Shown here: positions 25,651 through 38,418 of the stretch, one piece after another
Position numbering within the stretch: the stretch's first letter is position 1
Layout of the letters: every line of letters starts with the position of its first letter
From: Camelus dromedarius
Lineage: Eukaryota
Direction: 5' to 3'
NCBI RefSeq assembly: GCF_036321535.1
Contig: NC_087436.1
Coordinates: forward strand, 23,934,001-23,998,000
Length of the DNA stretch: 64,000 nt
Made by a program: the position numbers and the translations under genes
The notes under the pieces: model-generated
Seen by the model: only the letters and a program-made list of their open reading frames with translations
Databases searched by the model: none
Told to the model about the DNA's origin: nothing

Positions 25651-27439
25651 AGCATGCCTCCGCTGCAGCAGATTAACAACAAAGGAACGGTGCAAACAGT
25701 GGCTTCCTTGTTTTACATATTTTCACAGATTCTGTGTTTAATCTTTTGTCCTGAATTTTTGCCAGAAATCAGTATCACGTTCACTTTTATCCCTCGTGTG
25801 AAAGTGAGCTATTGCTTTGGCTCTAGGCTTCATGATTCATTCCTTCATTTCAACATCAACGACAGAGGCAGAAAAATGTTTTATCTTTCATCATTTTCCT
25901 TTCCCCCAAATATTAAAATAATGCATGCTTCTTATGAAAATAGCAAGGTACAAATAAAGGTAAAGAAAACACAAAAGTGTCCAATAATCCTAGAGATAGC
26001 CTCTGACATCTGCTAATTCTTTTTATCACCTAGAAGGCAATTGGCCTATGTGCTAAAGTAATTTATGGCAAGACCTAGGGTTGGTTTCCCACAGACTAAT
26101 AGCAGCTAGAAAGTTAGAGAGGGAGAAATGCTGCTTGTTCAACATGCGGAGGAAGGCTGGGCCCCCGGGCAAGACTGGGGAGTGGTGGGAGGCAAGGGTC
26201 TTCCTGCTGTGTGAGCCCTCGGGACATCTCCCTGTTCAGCCACATTTGCTCTGCTTATGCTGATATTCAAGGCAGCACATGGTGGTCCCCAAAGCCCTTG
26301 ATGTTGTTTCCCAAGAGAAATTCCTTGGCTGCTCTCCTGCTGTGATTTTTCTCTTTTCTGTCATAACTGTAGGGCCCCATACTATTCAGCTAGAGAGTTT
26401 GATCTGGACACATTTTTCTCTCTGCCTCAAATGTCAGTTTGAACATCAGACATTAGAAGAGGAATCATATGGGCGAGAAGGTTCCCTCTGGGTGACTGTG
26501 ATATGTTGGACATCTGTCTCCAAATACATTATGTTCAGTGTAGGACCCATCTCTCAATCAATCACCGTGATTTTTCACAGATGGATGGATGGACAAACAT
26601 CTAACAAAATGTCTTGTAGAGTCTCATCAAGAGACGTTCAGGTACAGTGCTGCCCAGAGGTCCCTTCCAGCTCAGTGATTCTTTGAATGGGTGATTGATA
26701 TTTTGGAAACAGGGATATCATTTGCTGTATTAGTCAATGGCTGGTGCTCTTCATGAGAATTCAGTCCAGGGAGAGCCTTGAGGAAACATGAATCGTGTGG
26801 AGGAATTTGGAGAAGAGACAAGCTAGTCATCAGGTGGCCTGGGTAAGAATGTGGAAAAGCCTGTTCTGGGGAAGTTGTGATGGAAAATAAAGGTTGAGGC
26901 GGGGGTGGACAAAAAAGGGCCAGAAGGAGTGTCTTATAACACACCAACCTAGTCCTGCATTGCCCACAGCAGGAAAGGATAAAGGAAAATTGCGGTAACC
27001 ATTATGTCAAGAACTTCACCGACAGTAGGTTGTATGAGTAGAGGTTTCAGACACCGGTCAAATTATACGACTGGTATCAAATGAACAGGTGGGGACACAT
27101 TCGTCTTTCTGGCCACTTTGGCACACACAGATAGATAACCATCAGCTGTAGTAGCCCCATCTTAAAATGTTGTCTCAAAAAACTTGAAAGATGTATTCAG
27201 ATTCTACAATGCTTCCTCAATTCTTTTATATAGTAATCTGTACACACACCCCATCTGCCAAGTAGGAAAACACCCCTTCTCTTCCATGGAACAATGATTT
27301 GGGTAGGAGCTCATGAAAAAGCAGATGGCTCTCTCCTAAGTCAAAAAAAAAAAAAAAAGTTATCCTGAGTTGACCTGAGGAGGGGTCAGGAGGGAATCAG
27401 GAAGGTTATGTGAAACAGCTAATCACGGACCCATTTTCT

Positions 27440-28800
27440 GGCATTAACTCATTCACTCTTTCATCCGGTCCCTATCTAATGACAGGCACTGCAAGAGGCA
27501 GGTGAGTCCAAAGATGAAGGCTGGCCAGGGACTCACAGCCTAACAGGGGAGATGGACGGGTGAGCACATGGTTGTCATCCAGGCAGTAGGAAGGCCAGTA
27601 GAGAAAAAGCAGAGGGCGCTTTGGATGCTCAGAGAGGAAGCAACAGCTGAGCTGATGATAGGGAACACTTCCTGAGTGTGATGTTAGAGTTCAGCGTTCA
27701 AGGATAAGTAGAAGGAGTTAGCCAGGTGAAGAGTGAACGTAGGGGGACTGGAGGCGTTGTGGGAAAATAGGTTCTTGCCTCGCATAGGAAAGAATTCAAG
27801 AGCAAGGCATGGTAAAGTGAAAGCAAGTTTATTTAGAGAGAGACACACTTCACAGAAAGTGGGGTCTGTCTCACTCAGAAGGGAAAACAGCTTAGGAGAT
27901 ACAGACACACTCCATAGGCAAAATGTGGCCCATCTCAGAAAGGTGAGAGGGAGAGAAGCCGAGAGGGGTGGGGGAGTTTAGTTTAAATTAAAAGTAGATA
28001 CACACTCCATAGACAGAGTGCGGGCCATCTCAGAAGGCGAGAGAGAGAGTGACAGTGCAGAGGGACCATGAGGTGCAGAGTTACTAGGTTTTATGGGCTG
28101 GGTAATTTCACATGCTAATAAGTAGGAGGATTATTCCAACTACTTTGGAGAAGGGGTGAGAATTTCCAGGAAACCGCTACCCCCTCCCCTACTTTTTGAC
28201 CTTTTATGGTCAGCCTAGGAACTGTCATGGCACCGTGGGTGCGCCATGAGGTTCAAGGTCTCCTGGAAGTCAAATCTTCTGCCATCTTGGTTCTAACCAG
28301 TTTGTTCTGTCCTCAATTGCTGTGTCATTCCTTCAATGGTTGTGACCTGCCCCCTTTCCTCTCACTTCAGAGGCAGAAGAAATAGATAGAGGAACAGAAG
28401 ACACATTCAGCTAAATGAAAGTAATTTGGTGGGGCCAGAGTTAGCGTGGGGGCTGGGATGGGGCAGTAGACAAGTGGGGCTGGAGAGCCAGGTCATGAAG
28501 TGTGCCCTGCTAAGGAATATGATTTTTACCCTGCATGCAGTTGATGAGGGGAGGACTGAAGAGTACAAGCAACATCCAAGAGCTCAGCCTCGTAGCTGAG
28601 AGTGTATTAAAGGGTAACAAGAGAGGAAAATGGAAAACCAGTGAGGAGACTAGCAGAGTGACCCAAGGGAAGTGTTGACGACCTGGACCTATGAAATACC
28701 AAGTGGGATGACACTAAGGAGATAGAAGTTACCAGATTCCTTCATGGATTAGACCTGGAGGATGAGAGGGGAAAGGAAGAGTCTAGGATGACCCACTGGC
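27440..28800 (-). mobile_element. L2 LINE fragment split by a solo LTR
   Basis: ctcattcactct tail...ggagttagccaggtgaagag | LTR | ...ggagagccaggtcatgaag...aaccagtgaggagact...gagtctaggatgac. Confidence 0.7.
27734..28369 (-). mobile_element. Solo ERV LTR (ERV1-like), 636 bp
   Basis: TG...CA termini, gcaagtttatt (minus-strand AATAAA), ggttttatggg (minus-strand TATA-like), gccatcttgg motif, GAG on both flanks; interrupts an L2. Confidence 0.8.
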
Positions 28801-30939
28801 CCACACCTGAGGCTGCCAAGGCGGCAGCACCATGTTCAGAGGCATGCGTCTGAGGCTGGCGTGGAAGCGGGCGGGGGGGAGTAGGGGAGCCGATTTCATG
28901 CTGGTCCCACTGTGAGTATCCATTTGCTGTGAGAATTTGCCTCCAAGCCGCTGATGGTGGGAGCTGTCCTGGCAGGAGACTTAGTCACACCTTCACATCA
29001 GGTCCTGCAAAGTCAGAGAGCCTGCCCCTGAGAAAAATCCTTAGCAAGAAGGGCAGGGGATTTTAGCTTTGCAAAAACCCAGGTGTTTCCTTAAGGAAAT
29101 ACTTGGTTCTCAGTTACCTGGTTCTCAAAATTACTGTGGTTCTCAAGAACATTGTGTGCGGATACTCCTAGTCACAACTGTTTCACGGGTGCCAAGCTGT
29201 CAGACACTGACCCAGACAGAACAAAAAGGTGCGGGTAGGGCGGGGGCAGGTTGCGGAGGGGTGCACAGTAAACCAAGAGCTGTCCATGCTGGTAGGAACC
29301 TAAACCAGCTTAGCACAGCCTAAGTGCAAAGACATATCCAAGTCATTTCCAGAAGAATTTTATTACCAGTAGTTTGAATTTGCACACCGACTTCTCTGAG
29401 GCAGCTTCCCTGTGTGTCAAAGTTGCTGCTGCATCTGGGTCCAGTCACGGTCTAGGCTTGGAGTACTTCACTCCTGGGTGTAGTTTGTGAGATATTCTAC
29501 TGGAATGTTGAGGGACAACTATTTAAGGCCATCTTTCTCTCTTCAACCAAATGTGATTCTGTTACATAGGCCAACCTACTTCTGGCTTTAGTTTGCATTG
29601 AAGGGCATAATAAAAATATTCTCAAAATCAGAGATCCATTTCATTCTACACCGTGGTAGACCTTGAAGTGAATAACGCTTCATCAACACCCATCTTATTT
29701 TTCAAAAGCATCAACTTTTTCATGACAAGGGAGTGTCACTTCTGAAACATACTAGGCAGCTAATAAATTGGGATTCAAAAGTTCAAAGAACATTCTTCTG
29801 CAGACAACCTACATGCTTCAATAGTCTGCAAAAGTTGCTTCTTTCCTTCTATTACGTGCAGTTTTTCTAATGAATTACGTAGATGAACAAATAACTTCTA
29901 ATTTTCCATTTCCCATTCTCACACTTTGCTCTGTTCCCCTCAGACCACTGAGGATGTCCCAGCATAAGGGAAATTTAATTCCAAACTTGCAAAAACTATT
30001 CTCGACCAACTTGGGACCCCACAGTGCCCATTAAATATATTGAATTGGAGAGGCAGGTGGTTTCTATTTTAATTATTGCCCTATCCTGATGCACTGCCAA
30101 AATTTTAGACAACCAGAAATTTTGGTAGAACTTCATCGCCTATAGTAGTCTCATCAGCAGAACCACCCAGCACCTCTTTGTTATGTGCATGGGTGTCATC
30201 TAATACTGACGTGCAGATGCTCACTCTTTCTCTTTCTTTTTTTCACTATTGTAGTAAACCGCATATGGGGAACCAAAAAAGGTAATTTGAAGCCTGAGTC
30301 AAATCGGTTGCAGTTGTAACAGAGCAGTAGATTCAAACTTGATCAGTTGCCCTCATTGCTGGCATAGTTATCTTTGATCCAAGATGCTAAGGTAGTGGGA
30401 GGTCCATGCCAGATCACAAAAGCAGCCTTTCTCCAGTGTTGTTCTAGTCACTTTTCATGCCCAGAGCCTACAGGTGTTATCCTGGCTTACGGCTGTTGAA
30501 ATATGGAAGAGCAAACCAGCTGTCATTCATGAGAATTGGTGCTGGCCAGCTGGCCAAGCCAACTCCAGGAATAAAGACGTGCCTTTTCACTCTGATACAC
30601 AGGGGCCTTGCCTCTGAGCAGACAGCTGAAGAATCTCAGGTGACAGCCCCCGTGAAGAGTGTTTGTGGCATCCAGGCCTCCACCACCCTGACGAGGCAGG
30701 GCGGGAGACATCTGTTGTCATCATGCTGATTAAGGAAAGCAAAGACTGACCAGTCCTACTCCCCAGGCTTTGGGTAGAGGAAGAGAAACTGAGGGAAAAG
30801 CTGAGATGACTACATGCTATAACTGAATCTTATACGCAGCATCTTGCATTGTCTTTCTTAGGAAGGAAACATGCAGAATCGAAATTGCACTGGGAAAACT
30901 GGTCATTTTTAAACCCTGAATATAAAGTGTAATACTGAG

Positions 30940-31390
30940 ACCCTTGTATATTCCCAGTGCACATGTAAATAGGTTAAATCTTTCCAGAAGGCAATTTGGG
31001 AATATGTTCCAAAACAGGAGCTTTAAAAATATCCATGCTCTTTGACACACAACTTCTACTTCCTAGAAAGCTATTCCAAGGAAATAATCAGAGATGTGTA
31101 CAAATGTTTACATACAAGAGGGTTCATTTCAACATAAATTAAAATGGTGAAAATTTGAAACTAACTTAAATATCCAACAATAGACAATTGGTTAAATGAA
31201 TGATAACACATCCATTCAATGGACTAATATGATCCTTATTTTATTTGACTGAATACTTTGGAAGGAAATTTACCAAGCGATTATTACCACTTTTCGATAA
31301 TGATTACCAGTGCTTTTGCTTTCTGGTTTTATATTTTTTGTGTTGTCCAAATTTTCTATAATGAATAAATTTATAATTAAAAAGAAAAAC
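30940..31390 (+). mobile_element. Old L1 (L1ME-like) ORF2 end and 3' UTR
   Basis: gaaggcaatttgggaatatg...ctttgacacacaacttctacttcctag...aaatatccaacaatag...catccattcaatgga. Confidence 0.8.
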
Positions 31391-31557
31391 AATTTTAAGG
31401 AAATTAACATTATAATAATATAAGAGCATGTTTCCATTTCTAAATTTTAAAAACCCACCATAATTCAGCAACCTGATACAACAAATTTATCTTTTGCACC
31501 TTATATACCAGTTGAAGTTTTAACACAGTAGCAGTCATTGGGCATGTGCTATTTTAT

Positions 31558-31696
31558 TTTTGTTTGTTTGTTTTGGGGGAGGGAGGCAATTAGGACTTGT
31601 TTGTTTGTTTGTTTTTAGAGGAGGTCCTGGGGATTGAACCCAGGACGTTGTGCGTGCTAAGCATGCATTCTACCACTTGAGCTATATCCTCTACCC
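31558..31696 (-). mobile_element. tRNA-Ala-derived SINE (vic-1-like), long form
   Basis: ggggattgaacccagg...tgctaagcatgcattctaccacttgagcta; 14-bp TSD atRtgctattttat (31544-31557 / 31698-31711). Confidence 0.9.
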
Positions 31697-32501
31697 TATA
31701 TGCTATTTTATATTCTGCTTTTCAACTAACATTATAGCTGCATATTATACATAGTCTATGAATTCATATTCATAACTTTATAACAGTATAAAATATTAAT
31801 GTACAAATCACACAGGAGGTATATTAAGTCTACCTGGGGTGAAGAGGGTTTTCATTCCTACCTCCTGCCCCCACCCCAGTCCAAGGACAGAATTAATCGT
31901 CCCCTCATCTGTTTCTCTCATTACATAATTCTTTGTTTCAGTATTTGTCTCCCTCCTGACGGAGGGGTTACTTGGGGGTGAACCAGTGCCTGTGTGTCTT
32001 TGTAGCCACGATGCCTAGCACTGTGCTCACCACATGCGTAACGCCTGCTGACTAAAGGTGGACACGTGCAGTGAGGGAGATGGACCGACAGATGGACAGG
32101 CGTGAACAGGACTAAGATCTGATGAGTTAGTATCTACTTGGCTCGAGCAGCCATGCAGCCCTACTAACTCTGACCTCTGCCTCAGGGAAGTGGGTGGGTC
32201 AGGAGCATAAAAGGTCTGCAGTTGCCCTAATACAGATTTTCTTTTTCCCTTTAGTCATTTTGTAAAATCATAATTTATTTTCACAGTAAGTTTTAGACCC
32301 TGGGTTATAAAGCCCTGTTTATAGTAGTTCTCTCCCCAGCTTCTAGAACTCATCTTTCCCTTTTTGGTCAGGACTTTTCCCATTTTGCATTTGTCACATT
32401 CCTTTTCAAATTTATATCAATACAAACACAATACAATACAACCATTATAGCACTTAAAATGCTCTTAGCAAAACTAAACAAATACAATAAAAGAACAAAG
32501 A

Positions 32502-32650
32502 AAGGGAGGCTATTGAGTGTGTACAGAGATTCTCTTCGGGAGGATGAAAAAATTCTGGAAATAGATAGTGTGAGGGTTACACGACCGCATTGTACACTTT
32601 AAAGTGACTGAAATGATAAATGTTATATGCATTTTACCACAATTAAAAAA
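32502..32650 (+). mobile_element. L1 3' terminus (L1MB-like)
   Basis: gtacagagattctcttcgggaggatgaaaaaattctggaaatagatagtg...ttttaccacaattaaaaaa. Confidence 0.8.
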
Positions 32651-33485
32651 GAAGGGAGAGAGGGAAGGAAGGAAAATAGAAATTGAGTCGTGTGGCTCCC
32701 ATCCTTTTTATAAATCTGTTTTTTATTAGTTGAGCCCTTTCCTGAACAAGATTCAAGTCGGCAGTAAGTCTTTTTGAAGACAGGAAGAATAAATTCCTCA
32801 GGTTTGTAGTATATCCTATTATCTTGACCTAGCAGATAGCTCCAAAAAAAAAACTCCCCCGCCTGCAAAAACTTTGCTGTTCCATTTTCTTTCTCCCTTT
32901 CAGCTCTCCCAGTGTCACCACAAGGCAGCCACCGAGGACCATAAGCATTAGCAGCCTGAATAACTATGGTTATAAATGTAGAGGGTCATTTTTTTTCTTT
33001 AAAATGATTGCCCACCCCTAGCCTTTTTTCTTCCAGAATCAAACTAAAATGATTTCGGTGCTAGTCCTGTGAATTTGAGTGGCTGGGCTACCTCTTATCT
33101 GTACACATGCTCTCTTGGAAGAAATATGTGCGATGCTAAATGGTAACGTTTTTGGTTTTTTTCACTATCATTTAGAAAAATACAGAAAGTGTTTGTAGCA
33201 CATCTTGCTCTGAATGAAGCTGTGAGGGGGAAGGCCTGGCTTCCGAAGCCCCCGTGACCCATGGCCACTTTCCCCAGCTGTCCTCTCCTTGTTCCCACAG
33301 AAGAGGAGGGAGGTGGGTGTCATCATTCACCCCTTTTCAGAGGTGGGGCCACGAGCACAGAGAGAGCATGGCTGCGTCCAGGGTGCACGCCACACGTGGG
33401 TGGAGGAGTGACCGCCACTCTGGGCCTACTGGTTGTAAGGGAGCCTAGGCCCAGGCCTGGGCCCATGTAACCCATGGCCCTAAAA

Positions 33486-33655
33486 ACCGTCTCTCCTTGA
33501 GCCCAAGATGCACCTTTTTGCAACTCTGAAATCAGGATGCATCTTACACTTGATGACGTGCCATGGTTTAGTGGGTACCATCTTTTTCTTTCTTTCTAGC
33601 ACTACATCATATATGTCTTAAAATTTATGAGTCTTAGAGTTGATGAAATATGATA
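33486..33655. mobile_element. Old TcMar-Tigger-like MITE
   Basis: Degenerate inverted ends accgtctctccttgagcccaagatgcac / gtcttagagttgatgaaatatgata; internal ctctgaaatcaggatgcatcttac. Confidence 0.55.
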
Positions 33656-36405
33656 TATCAGGGAACCTAAAGCGAGCCATCTGTACCATTCTGTAGAAAT
33701 CACTGCAATCCCTACCTGCAAGGAATGTTAGAATGTGAATCACCAAGTTGCAGGCAAGCGAGAAGACAAGTCTATTCTTCAGAGTCAGGCTGGTCATTAT
33801 GAGCCTCAGATTTCTGCTGCTGGGCCCAGACCGCCGTCATATAAATGCAGTACAGGCCTCCTTTCACATGGGGGCTCCATGGAGGTCTCTGCTTGAATGT
33901 GTATCTTTCTTTAACAAAGGGGCTGCATCATAACCTTGCATGTAGACACTCTGAGAAATAAGAATGGATCCTTTGTGGATTAGAGGTCAAAGATGCCATT
34001 GTAACTCTGTGACTTGCTGTGGGCAGAACCGTTCACTGGGCTGGGTTTATCTCAGTGTCTTCTCCTCCCTCCTGCCAGGCACAGGGTCCTGTCCCCTGGC
34101 TCCCTGGGGTCCATCAAACCTACCGGTCCTGTATGTCCCTCCTTAGAACCTTAGCACTCTCTAGTGTTAGGGGCTGTGGGGGTTACATGTGTGTGGACGG
34201 CCATTCCAAGTGGTATGTGAAGTACCATAGCAATCTTCCAGAAGACCTATTTAGCACATAGGTGGCAATGTCATAGTGAGATTGAGACCTGGAAGAGAGA
34301 TTTTTAAGAGGCATTTTGTTATCTGGCAAGTTATACCGACAGGTAACTACCCCACCACCACCGACCCTTAAGACTCGTCTTTAGCCTACTCCACTCGCCA
34401 GATCCAGAATTAGAGCCTGAAGATGGGGGCTGCCTTTCAGGTCTGCGCATCTTTGACATGGGGAAAGGAGTCACTGGATCACAGGAGACAACTTGCTAGT
34501 TGTCCCAACCAGGAGGAGACGCCTCCGCTCCTACTGTCCGTAAAATGTTAATCATTTTCAACTAAGGCTGAAGTCAGAAATGTGAAAGCAAAACAAAAAC
34601 CCTTCTTCCCAAACCTTCTCTCAATTCCATTTAAAAAAAAAAAAAAAAGGCCAGTGAGGGGGGAGATGATAGTAGTGATGAGATTTGCAGATGAAATGTA
34701 TCACTGACTTTTGAAATTCAAAATACAGGAGTCTTAAAGAGATCATTTTTAGGTAAAATGTGAAAAAAAAAAAAAAGTTAAGCCCAAGAGAACCTAACTG
34801 TGTCTTTAAATGTCCATCTTTCTCGGCTGCTCCAGAGCAGGCTTCTGCGCTGAGGTCAGAGTGAACAGTGGAGGAGGAAATCCAGTGGGTCAGGTTTCAC
34901 CACGTGACGCGATATGGTTTAGACACAGCCCCATCGGTAACTCGGAGTCAAAGAGGATTTAAAGCTTACGATTTCCAGGGAACAAAGGGGGAGAAAACCC
35001 AAAACTGCACCAAAGGCCATTGTGAGAGTCAGCCTGGTTTGCATTTAGTGCACAGGCAGCAGATGCTGGATGGTCTGCAGGAGAATTAGTGACCCTCCAC
35101 CGGGACGGCCTTTCCTTCCCTCCGAACCCATTGATTTTATTGGAGATGGAGAGTGACCTATGGGAGAGGGCTCCCCCCTGTTAAGTTTCTCAAGCTCCTA
35201 ATGCCACTGAGGAAGGGGCTGGGGCATTGTCACCCTCCCTTCTCTTTCTTACATGGAGGCACCCAGGGAAATCTTAACCCTCTCTTCCTTTCCACTTATC
35301 ATTGAAATATCACGTGGGCAATGAGCTACCTCATCTTGGAGGCCTGGAATTCTTGCAGATGAATTCCAAAGCATTCTACCATTCAGAGTTTCTTGTGTTT
35401 TTCCCGGCTATGTTTGGCATCCTATTGGCACTTCAGGGTAAAATCAAATTCACTGTCACTCTAGTGACATGAATAATCCATCCATATTAATGAAATGATA
35501 GCTGTTCCTTACCATGTCTTTTCCTATTCGTAAGCTGATTTCAAATAACATGAATCCCACTTTTTTTTTTTTTTTGGTGCAGGGTGGGGCGTTGGATTTT
35601 CTTATTCAACTCCACTATGGTAGGGGGAATGGGACAAAGAGATAATGGAATAATGGAGATGCAAAATAACTGTAAAATAATTACTGCATTGCTCCAAACT
35701 CTGTATTATTCATCCGTGTAGCGAGAGCTGCTGTTCTGTACCACACTTGAGTGGCAACCTCACCAATTAGCACTGCCACTGCGGGTCTGTGAATTGCATG
35801 TGAAAACAGAATTTGTCCAGAAGTGTTCATGCAAATTGTGCAACACGAACGTGGCCTCCGTGTCAAGTCCTTTCACGTGTTCTGACAGACTCATGTCTTC
35901 CCAGATTTCTCTGATCGGTGCCCCCTCCCTACCCCAGCCCTTGACAGTTACCAGAGCTCAGAAGCCAAAGGAAACAGCTCCTGTTGCCACGAGTACCGTG
36001 TCTGTGGTGAGGTTTACGAGCTGTTCCTGCAGCTGGGTTTTTACCTCCCCAAAAAATCAGATTTTCACTCGGATCTGTGAGACAACAGATGAGGAAGGGA
36101 ATGTATGCAAATATCTATGTTAAGGCCACCAAGCATTTACCTTGGCCCCCTAGTGCTTGAATAGCCATCTTTCTTAGTGGAAATTTTTTAAGTATTTTAG
36201 TGTGAATATATGTTTCATGTTTTAAAAATTGGCATTAAGGCAAAGATTCCTGAAAAGCAAAAGTGTCAGGTCAAATATGAACTTTGCTGTTGTTTTATTG
36301 TTGTTTAATATAATAAGTATAGCATATCTTTGTCAATATAGTAACTGTACATTTATAAACCATTCTTTGTTCTTCCCCAATATGAAGAAACTCCTAATCT
36401 TTCCT

Positions 36406-36502
36406 TTTTTTTTCTTTTTTTTTTAATGGGAGTACTAGAGATTGAACCCAGGACGTCATGCAGGCTGAGCATGCGCTCTCCCGCGGAGCTGTACCCTCTC
36501 CC
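36406..36502 (-). mobile_element. tRNA-Ala-derived SINE (vic-1-like), short form
   Basis: T-run, agattgaacccagg...gcatgcgctct...gagctgtacc; TSD core aatctttcct on both sides. Confidence 0.85.
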
Positions 36503-38389
36503 TCCAATCTTTCCTGAAGGAGAAAGTATTTGCTCAATCTGAGCTCTGTTTAGAACTGTTGGGTTGTTCCTTGAGGACAGCTTGGAGGGCCTGGATGGGG
36601 AGGAGGAGGTGTCCTCCGACGCTTCCAGGGCTCAAGCGGCCACAAATCACACCCACACTCTGGCCAGTGACACAAGGCCTTCTGAATGGCGCTCACTCAA
36701 AGGGAGGCCCCCAAGACAGGCTGTCTTCTGAGGCCAGCAACACAAAGCCGGGGTGAGCTTGCAGCCGTTACAAATGGCTGCCAACAAAATATCTGGTCAG
36801 GCTGAGACCTTCCTGCTCTTCCCCCTGCCCTTCCACAATCCAGACCCTCAGAAGCACTCCCTTGAAACTCCTCGACTTCCCAAGGCCTGCTTGCATGAGG
36901 ACTGAAAGAAAACTAAGAAATGTCCCCCCAAGAGTGCCTTTGATTTCCCCGCCGAAAGACAGAGGCAACAGAAAGCACAGTTTGGGTTAAGAATTTCTCC
37001 CAGCCAAACCTCATCCTGCTTTGGGGGACAGGGATGGAGGTGTCTGCCAGCTGGCGTCTGTGTTTGGACTTTCCTCAGCCTGACTCTTCTCTGGCTCCTT
37101 CAGTTTCAGTCACCTGCACTGATACACGATGTCCTCTGCTCTCCCTGTGCTGGCTGGTTCTGGTTCCGTCCCGGATTTCCTTTTCTCCAGTAGTCTGGAT
37201 CTGACTTCTGTTCCTCTCAGCTTCTAGCCCATCCTCCTGGTACTGAAGTCTTTAGTGCCTCTGTTTTGAGGGGTGGGCCTGTTTCTCCAGAGCCCCTGAA
37301 AGGAAGGTGATGGGCAGAGAGACTTGCAGTGCCCAGCACCAGAAACCCCAGCCTAGAAAGTGGCCCACAGGCCCTGAGCCTCAATTCCCAAGGACCCTCT
37401 TCTATGAGCCCCTCGACAATTTAAAGGGATGGCGGAAGGCACTCTTCCAGACAGCCTGTGAGTAGAGGGAAGCTGAGGTACCAAAGGCCCAGCTACCATG
37501 GGCCCGTCCTCAAAGGCCCACCAGCTCTACATGTGCATGTCTGCCCCTCTTCACAGGCGTCATGATAAAAGCCTGTGTGCAGGGAATAACCATCATACCA
37601 TATTTTTTAAAATTCTTCCCCCACCCCTAAATTCATTCTCTAACTGAAGGGATACAGACATTTGAAGGAAAAAAAATCTTTATCTAAAAAGGAGATAAGT
37701 TTCCCCATGCTCTGTACACCCCTCCCCACAAACTCCCAAGTTACATTTCCTTGCTCAGCAGTACAGACAGTGTAGATTTGGTGGGAAGTTTTAAGAGTTT
37801 CAATGAATTCTTTTCCCCCACTTACTAACTTCCTTTAAAAGCAGCCCATTCTACAGAAACAATATTTAAGTATTTAAGTGATTTTCCTGCTCGTTTTTTG
37901 AGGGTAGGGCCTCCCTTTGCCCTCACCCTCTTCGCTTCTCCGCAAGACACGGACTGAGCTGGTTCAGAAGACAGAAAGAATGAGGAGCTATGGTGGCTGG
38001 CCTTTGGCCACTGAGTAAAACTGGGAACCAACCGGTCGCCTAGGATTCCTGCAGAGGAACCGCGGGGAAGAGCGGGCCCCGCCCAGGACAGCAGCCTCCG
38101 GCAACCCCCTCCCACCCTGCTTTCCCTGGGCCTTTGATTACCTTTACGTGGTCAGAGGAAAAAAGCAATCTGTCCCTCTTCCACTTGCTAAATAAAAGAA
38201 AACATAATCATAGTTTGACACATTACTTTTGGTGGGTGCGCAGGAAGAATCCCCTGTATTAGAAAGGGATGGGGGAGGGGCAGGCGAAAGGAAAACAAAT
38301 TGGCTGCCTGCAGAGGTCCAGTGTCAGACGTCAGAGGAATCTTGTTCCTTCAGACACTGTGGGAAAGACCATGGCAACGAGGGGCCCCG

Positions 38390-38418
38390 GCCAGCGAGCC
38401 AGCGAGCCAGCGAGCGAG
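38390..38418. repeat. (GCCAGCGA)3 tandem repeat
   Basis: Read directly. Confidence 0.85.

Noticed and set aside
27838..29148. CRISPR-like repeat-spacer pattern
   Set aside because: Repeats are degenerate, few, and LTR-internal or too short; mammalian DNA with no cas genes.
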